The notes: generated by a model not told the origin, from the sequence alone. Positions 11,630 through 24,360 are shown, counted from the whole stretch's first letter. The stretch: 63,330 bases of DNA, filler included, from Saprolegnia diclina VS20 (GCF_000281045.1; 13 parts of 9 records of this genome joined end to end with filler, not necessarily neighbours in it); one strand, 5' to 3'. A program made the numbers and translations.

Positions 11630-13667
11630 TTACTGTCTTTCTTGGTACTGCAATTGGTCGGCACGCTTGCGCTTGCTCAATGCCTGCTGCAGCTTCGCCT
11701 TCTTGCCGAGACTTGTTTCCGTAGGCGTGGGGACCTTCGACATATCCTCGTCCCACCGACGTTCGATCCCGAACATCGGCTCGGTGTGAGTGTGGAAGAA
11801 GCGCAGGTACACGGCAAACACACCGAGAGCTTGCTGCGCGAGATCGTTGCAGCCGCGAGGACGGCTAGCGCTTGGACATGAGAATATGGAAATGACATGA
11901 TCCTACCGTCGCCGGGCCTTCTTGGTTGGGCCTTGGGTCTTAGGTGGTGATACCGCACCCTTGTTTCTGCCGCGGACGAGGTTGGCCGTCGTCAGCGATG
12001 GCTCGGTCGTGGCGCCTTCAATAATTTATTCGGTTCTTGTCGTCGTCGCAAGACACTGGTACCTCGGTTGGCGTTGGCAGGGACGAGGGGTCGAAGCAGC
12101 CACGCGACCTTGGCCGTAGCAAACCAATCTCGAAACTCGCTTTTCTTGAACTTGCAATACTCGGGCTTAGTCGTCTTGATGTCATCTATGAGCTGGTCGA
12201 AAGACTTGTCGGGGTAGGCGTCTGGCCACGCCGCCAGGTTCTTCTTGAGCCATTCGGACTCGGCGATGGTAAGCTTGACACCCTCTGGCACCCTGTAATG
12301 ACCCAGGGCCTTGTATCTAGGCGATTGCGAGCCACATCAGTATACTCCTTTGGCCATGCACCAACCTCTGCTTCGCTTTCTCTTCGGTGGTGCCCCAACG
12401 CGAGTCCTTGGAGTTGACAAGCGCCTCGACCCGGTCCCAGTTGGTGTTGGTCACATGCACCGCAATCATCAGGTGGAAGTCTTGGAGGAGAGTCCAGCCG
12501 CCGCCCTTCGTCTACAAGACATTACGCACACTAACGAGCAATGTGTCGCACGTACTATGGTGGCGAGTTTGTCCTTATACTCGTTGACAACGTCGCAAAA
12601 GTACCAGAACTTGTCGAGCGGGCATGGCTTTGGACCCATGGCCAAACGCTGCTTCTTGATCTCAGCTCGGTCATCGATCTACGTCGGCGCGTCAGAGTAC
12701 GTACTTATGAACGCTTTGTACCCATTGCGGCGGTGACAGATCGGCGACTTGGTCGGTGTGGCCGTCGCTCGGTTGGGCGGCTTTTGCGTGCTTGGGCACG
12801 CGAGTCAGCTTTGGGAAACGTGACTGCATCGCGTTTGCGGTCTTCTTGGCATGTATGCGAATAAATTCGCGCATGATACTTCTTGGGTTCTTCCTAGCGA
12901 CACGACATCGATAGGCGACAAGAACCTTTCGACATGTTGCAGTACTCAGGAAGCTGCTTCTCGAGCTCCTTGAAAGTTGTCAACTTGCCGGGATGCAAGA
13001 GTAGGTTCAGCTCCGAGGCTTCGAACGCCTCGTCTTCTCTGTGCTTCAAGCTTCGTTTGATGCATTGATATCTGCCCACACGTCGAATCACCCATAGAGC
13101 AAGTGCAACGCACCTCATTTCGAAAATTGCATGCCATTCGTCGCCCACAACGCCGAACGCCTTCGCGATGACGTTGTACATCCCATTATGCACGAACATC
13201 GAAACCAGCTTGTGGAGCATATAAAAAACCACATACTGGCCGACAGACCAAGACTCAGCGCCCTATGGGACGCACGTTACAGCCACGAGGACTCGCGTTG
13301 GGTTTACCATCTTGGCCCCGCGGTCAATCGTCGGCGGTACCTTTTGCCGAAACAACTTCAGAAGCGCATCATTGTCGTCGCTGTCGCTGTCGTATAAGAC
13401 GCCGCAGTCGTCGCCCTCCTCCTTCGCTTCGCTAGCATCGGTGCGACGCATGTGGGCCTACGTGGTGAACGTTGACGTCACGAGAGGTCGTCTTGCAGTT
13501 GCAGAGCGTACGTCGTGGTCGTCTTGTTCGCTTCCGTCGCTGTCGCTGCCGCCGCTTCCGTCGCTGTCGCTGCCGCTGCCACCGCTTTCGTCGCTGGCCA
13601 CTTCACAGTAGTCGACGCGGTTCATATTGCGCGGGAGGAGGTTCCTTTTGAGCTTTTGCTGGTCCAT
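11630..13667 (-). CDS. Multi-exon nuclear protein with Myb/SANT-like and homeodomain-like segments
   Basis: Eight ~42-55 nt GT-AG introns join nine exons in one frame from MDQQKLKR to QYQERQ*; contains WTLLQDFHLMIAVHVTNTNWDRVEALV and AYPD...FRDWFATAK; both ends uncertain. Confidence 0.65.
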
Positions 13668-14641
13668 CTTGAATTCGAAAGTGCAGTCGCAGACTGCTCG
13701 GATAAATGGTCGGCCGTATCCGGTCACAAAGCCATGAGTCATGGCTTTGTGCTGGTACCAGTACTGTGCACAAGCAGGGGGACAGCAAGCAGGTAGCAAA
13801 AGCGAATCACTTGCAATAAACTATACGGGATCGTAGCTCGAAGGTTGTGTATGTAAAAACAAATCTGCGTGGATTTAGCATTTGAAATATCAAATACCCT
13901 GAGCATGTCTATGTCAACGCCACTTCAAATCTGGACAAGCCATAACATCGCTATACACGAGCATAACTGACAAAATGTTGATACCATTATGATCTCAAGA
14001 CAATAAATATGATGCGCCACACAACGACGAACTCGTTTCTTAATTCTTCTTGAAGGATTTACATTCGACGCATTTGGAAGTGAATTTGGGAGAGGTGGCA
14101 TATACAATTCTAAGCGCACCCAACCGCCTTCGTTGCGAATGGACCCAATTTGGACAGGCAATAAATTCGTAAATACATCGAACTGCACGATGCAATGAGG
14201 CTTAGCCAGCTAAGAAAAGCATGAATATGGTGTGTAGTACAACGCAAGCCTCCAACTAGATGATTTACGCCTTCATTGGGGGCCATGAAGACAACCATAA
14301 ACCTTTGTTTTTGTATCGAATAGTGGTAGCTCCTCTGAGCACTCTGGGCGAGGCGCTGTGCTTGAACTTATATATATATATATATGAACGTGTTCCGCGT
14401 TATCTTCATTATGACACAAAGACTTCGCATACGTAGCGCTACGCCTGAATGCGCGGGAGTTGGCCCCAGCACTGGGTCGTTGGGAGGGAGCTGCGTACGG
14501 AGAGATCCATCCCGTGGTGGACCCCACTCGCCGAGTCATAGCTCGCGCGAAACCGAAACGCGCGTGTCAATTTCACGGTTTTTCTCTGCTCGTTGTGTGT
14601 TTTTGAGAACGATCTTTGTCTTTTTGGCGCGCCTTCTGCCC

Positions 14642-14659
14642 TTCATTCCAGCATTTGCT
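14642..14659 (+). promoter_or_regulatory. Oomycete INR+FPR core promoter
   Basis: TTCATTCCAGCATTTGCT about 35 nt upstream of ATG 14693. Confidence 0.6.
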
Positions 14660-14692
14660 CGATCCTCACCACCACTACCACGAAGAACAACG

Positions 14693-14955
14693 ATGGCCTC
14701 GACCACTGCCCGCGCGACCCAGTCAAGACGTGGTTCTCCGACCCCGCGACGTACTCGATCATCGGCATCATCACGTTGGCATGTCGACACTTTGCCGGTC
14801 TCCGGTACCTCTCCAACAGCCCCGATGTCACCTTCTCCAAGGAGAAGCGCGGCGCGATCATCCGCCGGTCGCATGACAAAGGCGATGGCCCATCTGAAAC
14901 TCAACCCGATCACGCGCAACGACGACTTGCCGAGTTTCGTCAGCGCCACGCGTAG
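14693..14955 (+). pseudogene. B12D/NDUFA4-like small mitochondrial membrane protein, frameshifted
   Basis: KTWFSDPATY..IGII...RYLSNSPDVTFSKEKR core is out of frame with both the ATG (MASTTARAT) and the MAHLKLNPITRNDDL segment. Confidence 0.6.
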
Positions 14956-15288
14956 AGCGCAAGTCTATTATATAATATGAAGTAAATATTGAAATGGAAC
15001 ATGCCACAAGTCATCCTAATTGGCGTCGTTCCTTGCTGCACCAAGATGCATAGACTGCCCCAAAGGTCAGAGACACCGAGCGAGTTGACGTGCGTTGTGA
15101 TGGTCCACGCAAGGATCAACCTCGTACATGGCATGGCATCGCATGCTGGATATTGCATGTTTGCTGGCAGCTTCCCATTGCACGAAGCGTGTTGATGATG
15201 ATGATGACGACGCCAACGAGCCCATACGAAGATCGTGCCACGTGATTTTGTCCAATCCTCGTGCGCACGAGCCCAAAATGCGTGGTGA

Positions 15289-17212
15289 TTGGATAATACT
15301 GTGGAAGTATCGCACCTTTTGGCCAATGGAACGTGGGTCCCAGAGCCACCTTACCTTACCTTGCCGACCACCTCCCCCCGGGCGCCGGCGACGCTGGCCC
15401 GCGGGCGCAGCTCGTCCCAGCTCGCGGAGCCGGACCCGTTCTCCCGGCGCAGCCCATCGATGCTACCGGCCGCGACCGAGTCGCCCGTGCGCCTGAACCG
15501 GCGTCCCGCGAGCTTCCATGGCCCGCAGGAGTTCGGCGAGTCGTCAGCGCCGTCGCCAGACACAAGCAGCAACAACGAGGACATCTCGATGCTCTTTGAC
15601 ATGATCTGCAACGACTATTTCACCGCGCGCTACGCGAGCAGCGAGAGCGGTATCCACATCCTCGAGGCGTCGCTCGTCAAGCTCTGGAAGGTCATCATGC
15701 TGCCCGAGAAGACCGTGTCGGCCAAAATGGCCGCGCGCATTTCCAAGTTCTGCGAAGACATGGCCAAGGAGTCTTTGGTCAAGGAAGCCGAGGCCCGCGC
15801 CGCGGTCGCGCGCCAAGCGTCGGACATGGACGCTGACCTGCAAGTCGAAGATCTCCTCCGCGACTGGATCAAGCCCAAATTGCTCGTGCTCGTCGAAGAG
15901 ATGCGCCTCGAGCGCGCGCTGCGCGGTGCATCCTCCAGCGGCCGGTCGGTGCCGGCGGGCGAAGACGTCGCGTCGCTTGGCGAGATCCGCATCGAGGGCT
16001 ACCTGCGCAAGAAGGGCCAGCACGTCAACCTCTGGCGCGAACGGTACTTTATGATGCGGTCGGCGCCCAACGGGACGCATATCCTGTGCTACTTTCGAAA
16101 GAAGGGCGACCGCGAGCCCCGAGGTACGCCTCTTTGCCGACTGCGATCGTGCTCAAAGGCTGTGCATAGGCTGGTATGCGCTAGGACCCGGCTGCACGGT
16201 CGACGAAGTGCGCGAGTCGCCAAGCCTCATGGAGTCGAAGCGACTCTTCACCTTTCGCATTCGGCACTACTCGAGCACGTACTCGGAAGAGTCGGAAGAG
16301 TACAACGAAGCGATGCCCATGACGCCACTGGCGACGCCGGGCACCACATCTGGTGACGGCTTTGACTTTGACTTTGATCCGAAAGCCAACATCAAGAAGG
16401 CGCGCATGAAGAAACTCGCAGCGGCTGCCACGGCCGTTGTACGTCGCTGCCCTTGCATTCCTCTGTGTACCGAGGGCTTGTGTCTTTAGGTTCTCACGGG
16501 GGGCCTCGCCGGCATCGGTCTTGTCGGCGTTGGCGCCGCGGCGGTCTCGTCCGCAGCGCTCACGGCCAGCGCCAGCACGCTTCTCACCAAGAGCTCAGTC
16601 GCGCCCTTGTCACTCGCTGCCGAGTCGCTCGAGACGGCGCTTTGGTGGCGCAACAGCATCCTCGAGTGCATTGCGCAGGCCGAGGCTCATTGGCATCAAT
16701 ACGTGCACTGGTACCTCGCCCAGGACCGCGACGTGGACGAAGCGACCGAGTCGCGGCTCCCGCCAACGTCACCACCAACGTCCAAAACGCCCAAGACCAC
16801 TCGGGCCATCGCGCCGCCGCCGAAAATTGTGCGCCGGCCGTCGCTCGGGTCCCTGCCACGCTCGATGCTCAAGCAATTTCGCTGGCTCCAGGGCCTCGAC
16901 CGCTGGAGCTTGTACGCGCAAAACTCCAACTTGCGCGTGTATGCGCACCCGGTGCCGTCGCCGGCGTGGCCGCCAATGAAAGCCTCACTGCACATTCCCG
17001 CGAGCAGCCAGCGCGTCTTGGACATGCTGCTGCAGGTACCCTTCTTCTACTACGTTCTGTCCAGTATATGAAATCGCGTGTAGATGGACAGTCCGTTTTA
17101 CAAGTCCAACTGCCTCCTGAAGCGGTCCTATGTGCTCGAGGCCATTGACGCCCATACCGACATTGTCTACTGGAAACTCAGTCCGCAATCACTGTGGCCA
17201 GTCGTCGTCGAA
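15289..17212 (+). CDS. PH-domain + START-domain protein, multi-exon (start uncertain, 3' end in gap)
   Basis: IEGYLRKKGQHVNLWRERYF...LCYF, PH C-terminal helix LAAESLETALWWRNSI, then START-like WSLYAQNSNLRVY...MKASLHIPASSQRVLDML...LEAIDAHTDIVY. Confidence 0.82.
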
Positions 17213-18876
17213 NNNNNNNNNNNNNNNNNNNNNNNNNNNNNNNNNNNNNNNNNNNNTTAATTAATTAANNNNNNNNNNNNNNNNNNNNNNNNNNNNNNNN
17301 NNNNNNNNNNNNCCGAAGTGACGTTTCTCGTCCAAGCAGCAATGGATCCCGTGAATGGCTGTGCAGTCCTACACTTGCAGTGCTCGGGTCGTGACCAGTG
17401 GGACTCGGGATAATCAAGCAGCATTCCTGAGTCTGGTTTAGTTCACGAGCAAGAGCCGAGCACCATGATCTTCCCGTACGCCAGCAACCCAGATCCTCCT
17501 TCACGGTCTCAATTAGGTTTAGGTCTAGCTTGCTGTAAGCTCCTCAACTTCTCGTCGACGCGCACCGGCCTCCCCATAGGACACCAACGAACTCGCACGG
17601 CAACAACCCGCCGTGTTTCCCGAAGGTCCTCTGTGTTGGGACCGTCTGCTGCAGAGGCTGTAGAGGAGTCGTAAGTGCCGAACAGACTTCCGCCTCCACA
17701 TTGCATTACAGCCATATTGCCATCCGTTCACAACCGCCAAGTCGACCAGGATATGCTCAGTACGTGGGACAGACCTCATCGTCGCAGTTCTCTGAGATAC
17801 GAAGTAGCTTTTGGAGAGCAAGCCAACAAACGCCGGGATGTCAAGACACTGCGAGGACGACATCGAGTGTGGTGGGCAGCTTGCCCAAAGAACCAACTAG
17901 GCGCGCGCGGTCACACCGTATTTGGCGGGCTGTTCAGTATACGACTGGCGACTCGAGAACAAATCATGCACTACCCGGTCGAGCATTTGTGTGCGACGAA
18001 CCGTCACTCACGCATACAACGTATCCTACCGCCAACCCGAGTCAGCAACATGGCAAATGCGTTGACAGCGCAGCGCAACGGCTGCTCAGATCTCCCGCTA
18101 GTTTGCACCAGGCTACTAGCCGTAGCAACCGACGTGAAGCGTCGCTTTGCGCATGGTGTCAGCTTCAGGATGGCCCCACACGCGTGGACCAGCTGTCACG
18201 ACAGGATATGATAGCTCCAGAACGATGCGTGTGGCCAGCGACAGATGTTGTCCGATCGATGCGTTCGGGCGTTTCCATCCAAGCCCAATTCGCGGGCTAG
18301 CGAGGCTGCCTGGGACACTGAAAATTACCACCACGGAATCCTCAACGCGTTCCTCGATCGGTGAAAGTATCTTGGCCCTCAAAGCTTCGTCATGGGCGGG
18401 TGCGTGCTCGCCTTGATCCTTGCCGCACACGATCGCATCGACATCTTGTTGCACTTTGTGGCCTTCGTCGCCGTTGTCTCGTGTCCACGGGATCGCGGGC
18501 ACTCGAGACACACTGTCGCTACTTCTTTCGTCGTCGGGGCGTGTATTATATACTGATACGAGCCGTTTGTACGTAGTGGGTAGTACGCGGGTTAGGTTTC
18601 GACGCGCCAGAAATCAAGCATACCGTCGCGACGATTTTTCACACTTTGAACCTTGCTAGTGTAGCGCTAAGCTACAAGTTGCAAAGAACTAATGTGCGCG
18701 ACGAGCCACCTGCGACTCTCAACAGCGGCACGGCTTTAGCACATACACTGTGAAACACGAGAACCGCAAATGAATCNNNNNNNNNNNNNNNNNNNNNNNN
18801 NNNNNNNNNNNNNNNNNNNNTTAATTAATTAANNNNNNNNNNNNNNNNNNNNNNNNNNNNNNNNNNNNNNNNNNNN

Positions 18877-20060
18877 CCGCCGTTCCACTCGGAGAGGATC
18901 GTCTTCTTGAACGTGCAGAGCTGGATGGGCGTTGCCGTTGTCAGCGTTGGACTAGGCGTCGGCGTCGGTGTCGGTGTTGGTGTTGGCGTCGGCGTTGGCG
19001 TCGGTGTCGGTGTTGGTGTTGGCGTCGGTGTTGGCGTCGGTGTCGGCGTCGGTGTCGGCGTCGGTGTCGGCGTCGGTGTTGGTGTCGGTGTCGGCGTCGG
19101 TGTTGGTGTCGGCGTTGGCGTAGGTGTCGGTGTCGTTGTAGGCGTTGGAGAGGGTGTGGGTGTTGCGGTGGGCGTCGGTGTCGGCGAGATGTAGACGGGG
19201 TTCACAGCCACGGGAAAGTTGTCCGTCTTCTTCTTGCCCTTGGCTGTGTAGTAGCCAAAATACGACTCAAACGGCTCGGGTTGCGTCTTGTCGTCGTCGC
19301 GCAGATCAAAGAACGTGTACCAAAACGCTTCGCCGCCGCCAGCGGATGGCTGCCACTGGACTAGACCGTTGTAATAGCCCATCGCATTCGCAATACTCGG
19401 CACCACGATCGGCGACACTGTCGTGAGGTTGTTGCCGGCGGTCGAGTAGCCCGTCTCCGTGAGCCGCAGCTTGGATGCCGGGTACAGCTTGAGCATTTCG
19501 TTCCAGAGAGCGTCGAGGATCGCGACCGGCTTGTTGACGTCGTACCCATTACTGAAGAACGGGTAGATGTTGACACCGACAATGTCCGAAGCGTTGGCAA
19601 GTGCCAGCATGTTGGCTCGAATGTCGGCGTTGAGCCACTCGGAGACCCGCTGGACGGTCCCGACCGGGACGTTGACGGTCCCGTTGGAGCGCCGAGCGAC
19701 CTCGGACTTGATGTACTGCATCTGGCTCATGAGGTACGACGTATTGTAGGGACCATGCGGCACGACGTTTTCGTTGCCGACGAGAATCGCCTTGACGGTG
19801 GCCGGGTAGTTGACGGCACCCATGATCGCAGCCTCGACTTGGCTGCTGTACCAGTCTTCGGACGTCATGTACACACCGACATAGAGCGGGACGTTGTGGG
19901 CGGCAGCGATCGGCGTCACGTCGACGCCGTAGTACGACGAGTAGTACGTTCGCACGGCGTGGACGAGCGGCTGCATGAGTGCAAAGTCGTCGTGCATGCC
20001 GGCGCTGAGCGTGGTGTAGTTGAAGAGACTCGGGTCGTTGAGCGGGTACGCATCGAGGTG
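18877..20060 (-). CDS. GH17 beta-1,3-glucanase/glucanosyltransferase with PT linker and a further C-terminal module (both ends in gaps)
   Basis: [13 protein letters not shown] (acid/base Glu), [15 protein letters not shown] (nucleophile Glu). Confidence 0.92.
18953..19185 (-). repeat. Pro-Thr (6-bp unit) linker repeat
   Basis: (ggYgtY)n on the + strand, encoding (PT)n. Confidence 0.95.
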
Positions 20061-20160
20061 NNNNNNNNNNNNNNNNNNNNNNNNNNNNNNNNNNNNNNNN
20101 NNNNTTAATTAATTAANNNNNNNNNNNNNNNNNNNNNNNNNNNNNNNNNNNNNNNNNNNN

Positions 20161-21213
20161 TGGCGTCGTCGTAGTTACCGAACTTGTTGCAGGAGCTTCT
20201 GTGGTCGGGAGGGGTCGAGGCGTAGGTTTCCGCGTGGTTGTGTACTTGCGTGGCGTGCTAGGGACCAGATGCGGGAATACGGGCTTCGGGAACTTCGCGG
20301 CCTTGGCGGTGCCGTTGGCGAAGAAGTACCCAAAGTGTTTTTCGAGCGGCTCCGGTTGCGTCGTGTCGTCGTCGCGCAGGTCGTAGAAAGAGTACCAAAA
20401 GACGTCGCCACCGCCCTGCGACGGCGTCCACTGCATGAGCGCATCGTAGTACTCCATCGCGTTGTCCAGGCTTGGGGCGACGCGGGGCGCCACAGTCGAC
20501 GGCGGGCCGCCGGTCGAGTAGCCAGTCTCTGTAAGACGCAGCTTCTGGGCGGGGTAGATCGCCAGCATTTGGTCCCAGAGTGCTCTCACAAGAGCGGTCG
20601 GGTCGCGCGCGTCGTAGCCGTTGTCAAAGAACGGGTAGATGTTGACGCCGATGACGTCGCAGGCGTCGGCGAGGGCGAGCATTTCCTTGCGGATCGCAGG
20701 GTTGAGCCACTCTGTGATGCGTTGGACGGTGCCAACGGGCACGACAACCGAGCCGTTGGTGCGGTTGGCAACCTCGGACTTGATGTGCTGCACCTGGTCG
20801 GCGATGAACGCCGCGTCAAAGTCACCGTGCGGCGCCACATTTTCGTTGCCGACCAAGACGGCGCGGACGGTCTCGGGGTAAGCGACGGCGCCGTCGATCG
20901 CGGCGGCCACCTGGAGCCAGTACCACGGCTCGTGGACCATGTAGACACCGAGGTACAACGGGACACCGTTGGCGGCAGCAATCGGCGTCACGTCCACCGA
21001 GTGGTACTTGGAGTAGTACGTCCGGACGGTGTGCACATACGGCTTCATCTGGGCAAAGTCCTCGTCAATGCCGGCGGCGAGCGCGGGCGCGTCCAAATAT
21101 TCCCACGGCTGCAGCGGGTACGTGTCGAGGTGGAACGGCGAGTAGCACACACTCGGGCGAATTGGCGCCGCCGACGCCGCGGCGAGCCCCACAAGAAGCA
21201 GTCGACCGAGCAT
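20161..21213 (-). CDS. Secreted GH17 beta-1,3-glucanase (3' end in gap)
   Basis: Signal peptide [38 protein letters not shown], Thr/Pro-rich tail. Confidence 0.93.
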
Positions 21214-21219
21214 GCGACC

Positions 21220-21235
21220 GGAAATTGCGAAGTGA
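21220..21235 (-). promoter_or_regulatory. Oomycete INR+FPR core promoter
   Basis: TCACTTCGCAATTTCC on the minus strand just upstream of ATG 21213. Confidence 0.65.
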
Positions 21236-21715
21236 CGCAGAGCCACCGGCGACCGCGGCACAACTCGGAGACACTCCCGGTCAGTCACGGTGGCGACGTG
21301 ACCCTGAAATGGACTTCGGCAGGCGCTACTACTGGGCTAGGCACCCAAGTGCTATCGCAATTGATGTCTGCGATCACAGACTATCTGGATGCGTACCCAC
21401 CATCATGACCCATGCCACCATGTCTTGGCCATGCACGCGCGTGGCGCCGAGCTGCATACTGCTGGCGCTNNNNNNNNNNNNNNNNNNNNNNNNNNNNNNN
21501 NNNNNNNNNNNNNTTAATTAATTAANNNNNNNNNNNNNNNNNNNNNNNNNNNNNNNNNNNNNNNNNNNNCAACACATCCGGGACGGTCTCGGCCGACGCC
21601 AAGCACATTCGAAGTCAGGCAGCCACGTTTCTCGACCTCCTCAGCCTCGTGCATCGCAAGCTGCATACGTAGGTAGCAACACCCTTCGCCATTATACATC
21701 GCTCAATAAAAGTCA

Positions 21716-23388
21716 TTATTCGATCCACGCGCAGTCGCTGCCGAGCGGCGGGTGCTGAAGCAACTGGTTCACACCCGTCGACTCGTCCGACACGAGCCCC
21801 ACATGGCCAAACACGTTGGATGTTGGCAGCACAAGCACATCGAGGTCTTCGTCGGTCATGTCGATGCACGTCTTCAAGCTCAGCCGCACCACTTCTATTG
21901 GAGCTCCAAGTTGGTCGTACAAGATGAGGTAGCAGTCGGCGCCGCGCTGGCTAATGCACGGCGATGCTTTTAGCCGCGAAAGGTGCGCGCAGACAGCGTG
22001 GATTGACCCACCGCGCCGACGGACGTTGGCAGGCACGCCGAGGCTGAGTCGCTCGAGGGTCAAGAGCACGCGCTGCTTGATGTCGTTGAACGAGATGGCA
22101 GCATAGTCTGCCGGCTGCGTCACGCGCCAGCAGTGCATCCAGCGCAGGCCAAAGCCAGCAAGAAGGGGCAGCAGTCCGAGACCGATCGTGTAGAAGAAGA
22201 CGCCAGCTGTGATTTCGATCGAATGGTACGACGTCGCGAGCACGTTAAAGAGCCACGAGTAAAAGACAAGGAATGCGGTGCGTCCATTGATCATCGTGAC
22301 GGGACCCGTAGCAAGGGCCGCTGCAATCGCGACAAGGGTCGGGTCCAGTGGTGTGAACCAGTGCTCGCGCTTGCATTTCTTGAGCAGCATCGACGTACAA
22401 GAGAGAAATGCGTAGCCAAACCAAACACTGCGAGAGAGGTAGAGGTATCCGAGGGCAAACTGCCAAAAGTCGTCGACTTGCAGCACGGCCAACATCTCAA
22501 GATACACGGTGCCGACGCTTTGCCAGACGTCGAGCACCAAACAGAGACACAGTACAGGATGCAAGAGAAAGATGCTCGTGGGATCACCGACACAAATGTG
22601 CACACGGCCGACTTTGGGGTAACGCTGACACTGCAGTGCAAGGCTGCGGTATTGCCGATAGTACCGACGCCACATGACACCGGCCATATAGAGCGTGAGA
22701 GAGATGCGCACCGCGAGCTTGAGGGTCAGAGCGGTGACCGACGAAGTCATTCGATACGCTCCGTAGACGATCACCGAGTCGTTGCCTGGCATCGTCCAGA
22801 CGCAGCCAACATTGAAAGTCGAGGCGAAGAGCTGTGCCTCAAAGCAAGCACTAACCGAATACGACGTATTCGAGATGGCGACACAGAGCTTCTCTTGAAG
22901 CGCATGGGGCAAAAAGGCGCCACCGTTCAGCTGGGTCATGAGGTCGACTTGGCACGACACGGGTGGCAGTGGCATAGGGAAGACGTCGCGGTAGATGCTC
23001 GTCCACGTTTCCGCGTCAAAGATATACGTTGTGCCGGTAAAGATCGAGCTATTGTACCTATCAAAGGCGCTATGAAAGGAAAGAAAAGACGGGTACGCGC
23101 GCTATACTGGCGTTTGGCCGCCTCGAGAAGCGTCGCTTCGACGGTGGTCCACGAAGCGTCGGACGCTTTGAGGATTGGCGGCAGCGGCGGTAGCTGCCAC
23201 GGGTACGGCTCACAGAGGTATGCTTTCAGCGGCTACAGCCGTGTCATTTGTCAAGTGTGAGAAATCAAGCGCACCGTGAGTACAATGTTGAGGCTGAGGC
23301 AAATGCTTAGGAGAATGGAGAGGTAGCTCCATGTGACACGTACGGGACGCGCAGCGATTGGCTGCTCGGGAGCAATACGGGTCGTCAT
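21716..23388 (-). CDS. Uncharacterised multipass membrane protein, tandem copy A
   Basis: MTTRIAP...SLNIVLT|PLKAYLCEPYPWQ; GDPTSIFLLHP; GGSIH...SPCISQRGADC; two 5' introns. Confidence 0.85.
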
Positions 23389-23584
23389 TAGTGTGCGTGG
23401 CAGCACCGTGTTATGCGAGAATCCCCGCTTGTGCTAGTTTAATTTTGGAAACACGACTGCGGAAACTGACTACGCTATCCGGACCTCGTCGACGGTTCAA
23501 GGGCAGGTGTGGCCTTCACATGGCGTCTCGTCTCGTGCACGCGGCTTGGCAACATGTGTACCCAGTCATGGCACAAGTAACAAC

Positions 23585-24030
23585 TATTCGACTTCTGTGC
23601 TCTGGAAGAGCGACGACACGAGCAACAAAATGATGCGAGTGCTTTTGGAGTTCGTGCGACGTCCATAGTTCGACGCGGCCAAAAATGACGGGACCTTTGG
23701 TCACGACAACGTGGGTGGCGAATCTAGGTGAGCGGGTACTTTGGCACTTGAACTCTGCGTTCGGATCATCCCGCATCGCCAGACCAGCTTACTCGGTATG
23801 GACCATTAACAACATGGATATTCACGTCCACAAGACGCGTTTGATTGAAGCCGTGGCAGAGCAAACATAGGCGGCGCAGCTCTGCGCATGCTTGGCAGCA
23901 TCGTAGAGGAGCACAAAGCAGTCGCTTCAAGCCCGGAAGCTGGTCCAAGACAGCCGCAGGTGTGGGGGGCATGACCGACCCAGGCATCATGGTGTGCAAG
24001 AAAAGAATACATAACACGAGAAGAACGTGA
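23585..24030 (-). pseudogene. Degraded 3' fragment of the same membrane-protein family (copy B)
   Basis: DQLPGLKR, ELRRLCLLCHG, KGPVIFGRVEL and SSLFQS pieces in different frames match the C-terminus of copy C. Confidence 0.75.
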
Positions 24031-24360
24031 GCCTGCTCGTGGAGAATATGGTGCCGTCGAGCACCACGATACTTTGATTTAATCTGCAAAACAGCAAGCT
24101 CATCAAAGTCGTGAAAAGTCGAAACCTCGCCATACAGACCCTTGTTGTATGTACTTCCAGGCGCAGCAAAGTCCGGATAGACGCGAAGAGTCGACAGCAC
24201 AGTAGGCTAGATAGTCATTTTGCCTTGTCGATCCTAACCCGCCACGCCACTCCCAATGGCTAGCGGTCAATCGAGTCGTCTATTGCTCCACTCGAGCGTG
24301 TACAAGGCGAAATGATAAAGTCATCATTCGATCCACGCGCAGTCGCTGCCGATTTGGCTA

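Noticed and set aside
14368..14385. (TA)n tract
   Set aside because: Ordinary short microsatellite
17701..18300. ORF containing YVGQT, suggestive of a GIY-YIG nuclease
   Set aside because: No GIY motif or downstream conserved Arg/Glu/Asn pattern, and weak coding bias
18907..19194. (GV)n ORF on the + strand
   Set aside because: Antisense reading of the GH17 PT linker
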